Made by a program: the position numbers and the translations under genes. A stretch of 64,000 nt of DNA from a virus. Shown piece by piece: positions 35,692 to 42,817 of the stretch (position 1 is its first letter; each line of letters starts with the position of its first letter). Under the pieces are notes generated by a model. That model made no database searches and was not told the DNA's origin. It was given only the letters and a program-made list of their open reading frames with translations. The stretch spans positions 1-64,000 of the IMG/VR virus record IMGVR_UViG_3300009788_000106; one strand, 5' to 3'.

Positions 35692-37092
35692 TTGCAAACC
35701 GTTTTAGGGAGTCCGGTATTGGCTGATAACTCATACTTCGAAGACCCTGAGTTCATGCGCCTGCTGACGAACATGGTGCTAACCGACCGGGCCTTTCTCA
35801 CCAAGTTTGGAGACGTCCTGGGACCGGATGACTTCAAGCCCCGGGATGGCACACGTGACGGGAGTGACGTATGGGCCGCTGCGACCAAGGGGCTTGAGTA
35901 CTGGAAAGAGTTTAGGGAACCGGCGAACACTGAAATCACCGGACTGCTCCGCCAGCACGCCAAGGAAGCCCGCTTAGGTCTACCCCGCAGGAAGGGCTTG
36001 ATCAGGACTGCCAAGGGCATACTAAAGCTCACACCGACGTATAGCTCAATATGTGCTAAGGTGGGTGAGTTCAAGCAGCAGGTGGCCATGGCCGGTGCGG
36101 TCGAGGAACTACTGGACCTTCAAGGCTCGGACGCCCTTACGACTGAACGCTGGCTGGAGATTGCAAAGGACGCCGTGATGATCGACCGGGGCGCCCGCAA
36201 GGCGGTCTCATTCTTTGACGACGACCGACTGGAGGAAAGAATCCTGCGCCGGTCCTCAGCAGGGCCAAACAAGAACCCGGCGCTACTCATGGACCCCTAT
36301 GACATGGAGACCGACACATTTGGCAGGGGCGGCATTGGGCTGGTCCTTGCGCCCTATGGTAAGGGGAAGTCGGCATTCCTCCTATGGATCGCACTGGTGT
36401 CCGTTATTCAGAATCTAAACGTGTTGTACTTCACCCTTGAAGACCCGCTCGAAATCTTCGAGGACCGTATGGACTCCCTCGTCAGTTCCCTGCCTTCACG
36501 GAAGCTGGCCAAGATGCCGAACCGAATGCGCAACCAGTGGCGCAAATTCCAACGCTGGATTCGGGGTCACCTGCGTGTGGTGGATGGGACAACGGATTGG
36601 TGGACCATGCAAATGATCGAGGACATGGTCGTGCAGGAGAAGGACGAAGGGTTCACGCCGGATATGATCATTGTGGACTACGACGCCAAGATCAAACCGC
36701 CCCGCAAGCGCACTGAAGTCCGGCAGGAGTTCGAGGAATTGTACAAGCACATCGAGGTCCTAGCCAGCAAGTATGGCGTCTACTTCTGGACCGCAGCGCA
36801 GGCGAACCGGGAGGCCACTGACTTGAAAAAAGTCACAGGCAAACACGCCGCCGAGGATCAGTTCAAGATGAGGGCCGCGCACCTTTGTCTCGGCATTGGC
36901 AATGGTGAGTGGGGACCGGACTCATTGACCGTGACCGTTGCCAAAAAGAAGCAGGGAGGCCGCAGCGGCTGGAGCTTCAACATCATGACGGACTTTGACC
37001 GGGGCATGTTCTACGACCGGGATGCCACACTCCAAGCCCAGCGACAGACCAAGGAAAGCGAGTACGCCGAGGAAGAGGACGTGGACGTATGA
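35692..37092 (+). CDS. DnaB-like replicative helicase
   Basis: RecA-fold C-terminal domain with Walker A LAPYGKGKSAFLLWIA and Walker B IIVDYDAKI. TTG start after GGGAG. Confidence 0.65.
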   Translation: MQTVLGSPVLADNSYFEDPEFMRLLTNMVLTDRAFLTKFGDVLGPDDFKPRDGTRDGSDVWAAATKGLEYWKEFREPANTEITGLLRQHAKEARLGLPRRKGLIRTAKGILKLTPTYSSICAKVGEFKQQVAMAGAVEELLDLQGSDALTTERWLEIAKDAVMIDRGARKAVSFFDDDRLEERILRRSSAGPNKNPALLMDPYDMETDTFGRGGIGLVLAPYGKGKSAFLLWIALVSVIQNLNVLYFTLEDPLEIFEDRMDSLVSSLPSRKLAKMPNRMRNQWRKFQRWIRGHLRVVDGTTDWWTMQMIEDMVVQEKDEGFTPDMIIVDYDAKIKPPRKRTEVRQEFEELYKHIEVLASKYGVYFWTAAQANREATDLKKVTGKHAAEDQFKMRAAHLCLGIGNGEWGPDSLTVTVAKKKQGGRSGWSFNIMTDFDRGMFYDRDATLQAQRQTKESEYAEEEDVDV

Positions 37093-38009
37093 ACTTTTTG
37101 CAAGCTCTGTCCAGCAAAGGTATTCGGTTCACTCGCCGGGACAAGCCGAACGAGATTTGGATGCAGTGCCCCTTTTGTGGGGACACGGAGTACCGGCTGG
37201 GACTCAACTACCGCAAGGGTCTGGGCCAGTGCTTCAGAGGCAGTTGCTCATGGCGTTCGGCGAATGGGACTCTATCTAAAATCCTCAGGCGACTGGACAT
37301 GGGGGACGTTCAACTGGCGGGGCTGCCTGAGGAAGAGAAGGCCACTGTACGCGCCCCTGAGTTGCCAGAGGACTACACCCTACTACACGACGTCACGGAG
37401 GATGATGACTTGCTGTGGGAGGCGAAGTGCTACCTCACGGACCGAGGCGTTACCATCAACCAGATCCGCAAGTACTACCTTGGTGCAAGCCTGTCCGGCT
37501 GGTACTCCTACCGCATAATCATCCCGGTCATCTTCAAGGGCGAGTTTATGGGCATCGTTGCCCGGGACTGGACCGGGGCCGGCGAACCCAAGTACCTCAA
37601 TAGCACCGGCATGAAGTCCATCTGGGGTCTCAGGAAGGCCGACCCTGACAAGCAAGTGATCCTGGCTGAAGGCTGCTTCAAGGCCATGGCCATCAAGCTC
37701 CACTTGAAGCGACCAGCGGCGGCAATTCTCGGGTCCTCGATCACGGATGGGATCATCGACCAGTTGCGGGTGCTAGGCCACCGCGACATAATTCTCTGGC
37801 CGGACCCGGATAAAGCTGGTATAGTGGGGATGTTGAAAGTCGCGGCACGGCTCGCCGAGGACCAGTTCTCCGTCACCGTGCCATACCCTTTGCCACCAGC
37901 GCAAGCTGATGAGATGACCGCCACGCAACTGAAGGAGACCGAACGTAACTTCCGGCCCCTCACATGGCGTCTGGCGCAACGACTGAAAATTGAGGTATCA
38001 CAATGCTAA
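37089..38009 (+). CDS. DNA primase (zinc-ribbon plus Toprim)
   Basis: CPFCGDTEYRLGLNYRKGLGQCFRGSC zinc ribbon; Toprim elements ILAEGCFKAMAI and ILWPDPDKAG. Confidence 0.7.
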   Translation: MNFLQALSSKGIRFTRRDKPNEIWMQCPFCGDTEYRLGLNYRKGLGQCFRGSCSWRSANGTLSKILRRLDMGDVQLAGLPEEEKATVRAPELPEDYTLLHDVTEDDDLLWEAKCYLTDRGVTINQIRKYYLGASLSGWYSYRIIIPVIFKGEFMGIVARDWTGAGEPKYLNSTGMKSIWGLRKADPDKQVILAEGCFKAMAIKLHLKRPAAAILGSSITDGIIDQLRVLGHRDIILWPDPDKAGIVGMLKVAARLAEDQFSVTVPYPLPPAQADEMTATQLKETERNFRPLTWRLAQRLKIEVSQC

Positions 38010-39028
38010 AAAGGCCGGTGGTCTTGGTAGACGGCAAAAACTTTCTGTTCCGCGCACACTTCCCCAATGCGCAGTTGAAGTCCAAAGCGGGGTTCCCCAC
38101 TTCGGTGCTCCATGCGTTCCCGACCATGCTAACAACGATCCCCAACACAATCCCGGACCCAGACATTGTGATTGTTTGGGAGGGGCTGATGGTGCCAGGC
38201 AAACGGTTCGAGGCTTGGCCACAAAAGGAACGCACCTGGCGTCGGGACTTCTGTTACTCATACAAGGCGAACCGGCACTCAGAACCCAGCGACTCAATTC
38301 TGGACTGCTTCAAACAGATCCCCGAGCTAGTACGCCTGCTACACATTCTCGGGTTCAAGCAGGTGGCCATACCCCGCCTCGAAGCTGATGACGTAATCGG
38401 CATCATTGCCACCTCCCTGTCAACGGATAAGCGGTGCTCAAATGTGTACTGCTTGTCAAACGACCGGGACATGTTCCAATTGCCGGACGGGAAGAAGGTG
38501 TACTGCTTGGTGCCAAAGAACGGCAAGCTAAATGTACTGGACCCGGACGGTGTCAAGGACTCCATCGGTGTCCTGCCAGGGAAGGTGCCCTGGCTCAAAG
38601 CCCTGGCGGGCGACCCCTCGGACAACATCAAAGGGATGGCAGGTATTGGGCCAGTCAAGGCAAAGCAACTGCTTATCGCAGGAGTTAACCCATCCTTGGA
38701 GAACTGGCTGGAGCATCCGCTTGAGGTACGCAGCCAGGCATTCGCACCAAAGGTGTCTAACGCCTGGGACGCGATCAGGCGGGACTACCAACTCACCGTC
38801 ATCCCCCGGACGCCAGATTACCCACTGTTGCCAGAGGGTTCGGAGGCCTACGCGCATGAGGTCATCGACAACGTTCGCCGGTTCCGCAAGCGGCGGATGA
38901 CACAAACCCGGCGTCACTCTCGGCGGCAACGGTTTCAGGAATTCTGCGAGCAGTACGACCTCGACCACGTTAGTTCGCTTCAGTCCGCCTTGTTCAAGGG
39001 CGTCCACATACTAGAGGAGATCAACTGA
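38003..39028 (+). CDS. 5'-3' exonuclease / flap endonuclease (53EXO, PIN-like)
   Basis: VVLVDGKNFLFRAHF near the N-terminus, acidic clusters, and a helix-hairpin-helix-like KALAGDPSDNIKGMAGIGPVKA. Confidence 0.7.
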   Translation: MLKRPVVLVDGKNFLFRAHFPNAQLKSKAGFPTSVLHAFPTMLTTIPNTIPDPDIVIVWEGLMVPGKRFEAWPQKERTWRRDFCYSYKANRHSEPSDSILDCFKQIPELVRLLHILGFKQVAIPRLEADDVIGIIATSLSTDKRCSNVYCLSNDRDMFQLPDGKKVYCLVPKNGKLNVLDPDGVKDSIGVLPGKVPWLKALAGDPSDNIKGMAGIGPVKAKQLLIAGVNPSLENWLEHPLEVRSQAFAPKVSNAWDAIRRDYQLTVIPRTPDYPLLPEGSEAYAHEVIDNVRRFRKRRMTQTRRHSRRQRFQEFCEQYDLDHVSSLQSALFKGVHILEEIN

Positions 39029-39601
39029 ATGGCAACGGCACAACCGATCATTGAAATCAACAAAGTCACCATGGACCGGCTGGCCGGTATGGTCTACAAG
39101 ATATGTGGGGAGGCGTACCAGCAAATGCCGGAGTGCCACAAACGCTGGATCGACCTGGGAGACTTGGTCTCTGAGGCCTGGATCAAGGTGTACCGCAAAT
39201 GGCACCTGCATGACCCGACCCGCGGCAAGGACTCCACTTTCGTGTTCACCGTGGTCCGCAACACAATGCGTGATAGGCTGAAGCAGCTGCGGGTATACAC
39301 ACGGTTTTGTCACGTCGTCAGTCTTGAGGAAGACTCCATCAAAGAACCCGAACGGATTGACGCTGGCTCGGCAGAACAGTCGGAGGCAGAGGATCGTGTC
39401 GGTAAGTTCCTGGGACTGGCTTCCCCAGCCCTTCGCACATTCATGCAAGTCCATTTCTTCCAGCGGCAACCTGGCCGGCCAAACTTTAACAAGTTCCTGC
39501 CGGAGGTCCTCCGCCTCCGTCGGCTAACCGGCTGTTCGGTCCAGGACTTCATGCTGTGCGCAGGCGGAGAGGTGAACGGGGCAAATGCCAAAAGAGTATA
39601 G
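39029..39601 (+). CDS. ECF-like sigma factor (region 2 clearly present)
   Basis: DLVSEAWIKVYRKWHLHDPTRGKDSTFVFTVVRNTMRDRLKQ matches sigma-70 regions 2.1-2.4. Region 4 is less clear. Confidence 0.5.
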   Translation: MATAQPIIEINKVTMDRLAGMVYKICGEAYQQMPECHKRWIDLGDLVSEAWIKVYRKWHLHDPTRGKDSTFVFTVVRNTMRDRLKQLRVYTRFCHVVSLEEDSIKEPERIDAGSAEQSEAEDRVGKFLGLASPALRTFMQVHFFQRQPGRPNFNKFLPEVLRLRRLTGCSVQDFMLCAGGEVNGANAKRV

Positions 39602-40169
39602 CATAGCGAAGACCCTTCTGTGCTTGTCGTGTGCGCGCAAGTTCTCTTTGCTTGACGTGTCCTCCTACCTGTACTTCCCAAAGACTCACACGTGCTTCGA
39701 GTGTTACATCAGGCTTCAGTTGAGACCCGTGGCCGAGTCGTGCTTCGGCCACCAGCCCAGCGACTCAGGTTACACATATGACCCGCAGTGCCCGGAGTGT
39801 TCCATGTTTTGCAGGGACCGGTTCATATGTCCACAGTTCATATCAGGGGAGGCCATCATGGCAAAGGAACTAGCAATGGAGCACAGACAACTGATCCTTG
39901 ATCGGTTCAAGGCCGGCCGCCTCAGATCCGGCGAGGAGAAACGCAAGGCTAAGTGGGCGGAAACACCCTTTGCCAAAGGGTCAATCCTGGAGGCCGTGTT
40001 CAAGAAGTGTGTGGCTGGCACCACATACACCAAGCTCGGGAAGTACTTGGGTGCAATAGGAGTCGCAAACCCGAAGCAGTACCTAACAGCAATGCGCCGG
40101 CAGGACGCGCATGGTCTCAAATGGGAGTTCAAAGATGACGAACAAGGCAACATCGAAATCAACTACTAA
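39585..40169 (+). CDS. Cys-rich hypothetical protein (putative zinc-binding)
   Basis: Multiple CxxC pairs in the N-terminal half (CLSCARK, CFECY, CPECSMFC). Confidence 0.4.
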   Translation: MPKEYSIAKTLLCLSCARKFSLLDVSSYLYFPKTHTCFECYIRLQLRPVAESCFGHQPSDSGYTYDPQCPECSMFCRDRFICPQFISGEAIMAKELAMEHRQLILDRFKAGRLRSGEEKRKAKWAETPFAKGSILEAVFKKCVAGTTYTKLGKYLGAIGVANPKQYLTAMRRQDAHGLKWEFKDDEQGNIEINY

Positions 40170-41133
40170 CGGCAGCGACTGGAAAGGTCCACAGCCCGAC
40201 GACACGTACCCGGTCATTTACTTCTCCGGCTTCCGGCACTACGCCGATGAGGGTATCAGGGAGAAGGAAATTTTCGAGCAAACCAAATGGGATGCCCGGT
40301 GCTTGTCCTACGCCTACTGTGGTGAGGGCTCCGACCTGTACATGAAGATCGCGGCTGAGACCCTCGCCTACTGCCAGGAGAATGACATTCGCATCCTGCT
40401 GGACTCAGGTGCCTTCTCATTCCGGGATACCCTTGCCAGCGACGACCTCGACTTGGTGGACCGGTTCGCAACCACTTACGCCAAGTGGATCAAGACCCGG
40501 CGCCAGGCCTTCGACTTCTACGTCAACCTCGACTACGTGCGCAACGCCTCCGCCTGCTGGAAGATGCAAATGCTTCTGGAGCGTAAAGGCCTCAGGCCGG
40601 TCCCGGTGTTCCATGGTGACAGTTCGATGGACTGGATGCGGAAGTACATCGACCGGGGGCACAAGTTGATTGGCCTTGGTACGCTTGGGTCCGGCTGGTC
40701 CACAGGCGTGAAGTACAAGTTCTACGACCGGTGTTTCAACCTGGCAGAACAGCATGGCGTCTACCTTCATGGCTTCGCCGTCACCGGTTCCAGTATGTTC
40801 CGGTTCCCATGGCACTCGGTGGACTCGGCAAGCTGGCTGAAGGCCGCTGTCTTCGGTGCCATCATCCTTTGCGATCCGTTCAGGGAGCAGGTTACAACAT
40901 GGAAGATTAGCGACCAGCCCACCAAGCGATCCGGCCACCAGCCGGGCGTAATCCAACGGCTGGAAGGTACCGCCCGGGAAGCTGTGATTGAGAAGCTGGA
41001 GGCGCAAGGCTACACATGGGACAGGCTGACTACCTCATCGTGGGAGCGTTCCCGGTTCAACATTCAGCAGTTCCGAGACGCCGTGGCAACGCGCGCCCGC
41101 CCGGTTTACAAAGGCACATGTGACTTGATTTGA
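40135..41133 (+). CDS. dpdA: DpdA-like 7-deazaguanine DNA transglycosylase (queuine tRNA-ribosyltransferase superfamily)
   Basis: ILLDSGAFSF motif and TIM-barrel-like length, immediately upstream of folE. Alternative ATG at 40111. Confidence 0.55.
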   Translation: MTNKATSKSTTNGSDWKGPQPDDTYPVIYFSGFRHYADEGIREKEIFEQTKWDARCLSYAYCGEGSDLYMKIAAETLAYCQENDIRILLDSGAFSFRDTLASDDLDLVDRFATTYAKWIKTRRQAFDFYVNLDYVRNASACWKMQMLLERKGLRPVPVFHGDSSMDWMRKYIDRGHKLIGLGTLGSGWSTGVKYKFYDRCFNLAEQHGVYLHGFAVTGSSMFRFPWHSVDSASWLKAAVFGAIILCDPFREQVTTWKISDQPTKRSGHQPGVIQRLEGTAREAVIEKLEAQGYTWDRLTTSSWERSRFNIQQFRDAVATRARPVYKGTCDLI

Positions 41134-41149
41134 CTTTGCCCCGTACTAT
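41121..41149 (+). promoter_or_regulatory. class II motif TGACTTGATTTGACTTTGCCCCGTACTAT
   Basis: Sequence read directly, 16 nt upstream of the folE ATG. Confidence 0.35.
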
Positions 41150-41165
41150 ACACCAAGGAGATCAA

Positions 41166-41747
41166 ATGGACGACGAGAGATTCACATGGAAGACTCAGTT
41201 ACGCTGTGCGCTGGCAAACATGATCGCGGCCACAAACCTATCCGCAGTGGTGGACCCTTCGCACCTTAAGGACACACCGGACCGGCTTGTCCGCATGTAT
41301 GACGAGATTTTTTGGGGCACCCGCAAGGACCCCGCAGCCGCACTAAACACTTCGTTTGCTGGGGACACCCATGACCAAATGATCATCGTTCAGGATGTGG
41401 AATTCACCAGTTGGTGTTCACATCACTTCTTGCCCTTTTCAGGCAAGTGGCACTTTGCCTATATACCAGGCGACTCCATCGTAGGGCTCTCCAAGATCCC
41501 ACGAATGATCGAAATACTGGCAGCCAGGCCCCAAGTCCAGGAAGGGCTCGCAGAGGACATAGTCGGAACATTCCAACAGACTGTACAGCCACTTGGTTGC
41601 GCAGTCGTCCTCGAAGCTACACACACATGCATGCAGGCCCGTGGCGTTCGCAAGAACGGTACCATGCGAACCACGGCCCTGCGCGGTGTGTTCCGTGACC
41701 CTCGGTCGTCCCACGTCAAGGCCGAATTTTTCACTGCAATCAAGTAA
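41166..41747 (+). CDS. folE: GTP cyclohydrolase I
   Basis: SWCSHHFLPFSGKWHFAYIP, the FolE active-site signature; RBS AAGGAGA. Confidence 0.8.
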   Translation: MDDERFTWKTQLRCALANMIAATNLSAVVDPSHLKDTPDRLVRMYDEIFWGTRKDPAAALNTSFAGDTHDQMIIVQDVEFTSWCSHHFLPFSGKWHFAYIPGDSIVGLSKIPRMIEILAARPQVQEGLAEDIVGTFQQTVQPLGCAVVLEATHTCMQARGVRKNGTMRTTALRGVFRDPRSSHVKAEFFTAIK

Positions 41748-41757
41748 GGGAGAACAC

Positions 41758-42816
41758 ATGAAAATCAAAGTCGATGCCATGAAGGCGGCACTGAAGGTCT
41801 TGAACCTTGTGCCAGTACAATCCGCAGTCAGGTCAACTGAGTTCATTCGGTTCGCCTGTGACGGTTCCAAGGTGAACTTACAGTTGGCCGGCAACGTCCA
41901 TGGCACCGCCGATGTGGTGGTCGAGGACCCCAGCGATCCGTTCGTTGTCTTTGTGGACCGCAAACAGCTATTCTCCTTCGTTGCCCCGGCGAAGCGGGAA
42001 CTGATCATCGAGTTCGACGAGACCTTGAACATTCGGAATGGCAGGCGCCGTGCCAAGATGGTCTCCAGTGAGCCTCTAAAGGGCTACAGCAACGTCGAAC
42101 CCTTGGAAGGGGAAAAGGGACTCAAGATGTCCGACGGGCTCACCAAGGCTCTGAAACTGGCACAGAAGTACGCCACGGAGGAGGCCACACGCCCCGAACT
42201 CAACTCGATCCACATTTCCAAAAAGCACGGCAAGGTGCTGAGCGCCGATGGCCAAGTGCTGTTCGCGGCCGACGTGGAGGGACTAACCCTTCAAACCAGC
42301 CTACCTGTGACCCTGCCGGAACTGATTAGCGACGGGGCCCAGATTAAGGTGAGCAAGCAAGGCGCCCGCATCATTTTCAAGGAGGGACGTATCCTCAGGA
42401 CCTTCAACGAACTGTGGAAAAAGTTTCCTGCCGAAAAGATGGTCGCCTCTATGGCAACCCTGTTGGAGTCCGTGGAAGTGGGTACGGTGTCGGCCCTCGG
42501 TGCCAGCCAGGCAATTGAACGGCTGGTCAGCTACGTGTCATCCCGAACCGGCGAGACTGTTACGGCTACGGTGTCCGGCAGCGCCGGTAGACCCTTGCTG
42601 TCCTTGGTGGTGAAGGAGACCTATGGGACCTTCACCGAGAAGATCAAGCTGGCCGAACCGCCCGACGGGGATATCTCATTCGTGTGTACTCCGCAAACGC
42701 TACTACCCTTCCTGCAGGCATGCACGGAACCGATCACCATTCAAGTCGCCGAGGCCGGACACCTTATCCTAACCTCAGGCGCCTTCACGCTGATCGCCTC
42801 CGCTCCTCAGGAATAG
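41758..42816 (+). CDS. DNA polymerase sliding clamp (beta-clamp-like)
   Basis: 353 aa between folE and polA with a three-domain-like repetition; paired with a clamp loader at 48690. Motif-level support is weak. Confidence 0.45.
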   Translation: MKIKVDAMKAALKVLNLVPVQSAVRSTEFIRFACDGSKVNLQLAGNVHGTADVVVEDPSDPFVVFVDRKQLFSFVAPAKRELIIEFDETLNIRNGRRRAKMVSSEPLKGYSNVEPLEGEKGLKMSDGLTKALKLAQKYATEEATRPELNSIHISKKHGKVLSADGQVLFAADVEGLTLQTSLPVTLPELISDGAQIKVSKQGARIIFKEGRILRTFNELWKKFPAEKMVASMATLLESVEVGTVSALGASQAIERLVSYVSSRTGETVTATVSGSAGRPLLSLVVKETYGTFTEKIKLAEPPDGDISFVCTPQTLLPFLQACTEPITIQVAEAGHLILTSGAFTLIASAPQE

Positions 42817-42817
42817 C

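Noticed and set aside
40417-42056. Minus-strand ORFs 40417..41007 and 41439..42056 overlapping dpdA, folE and the clamp gene
   Set aside because: The plus-strand genes carry recognisable enzyme motifs; the antisense frames are compositional artefacts.
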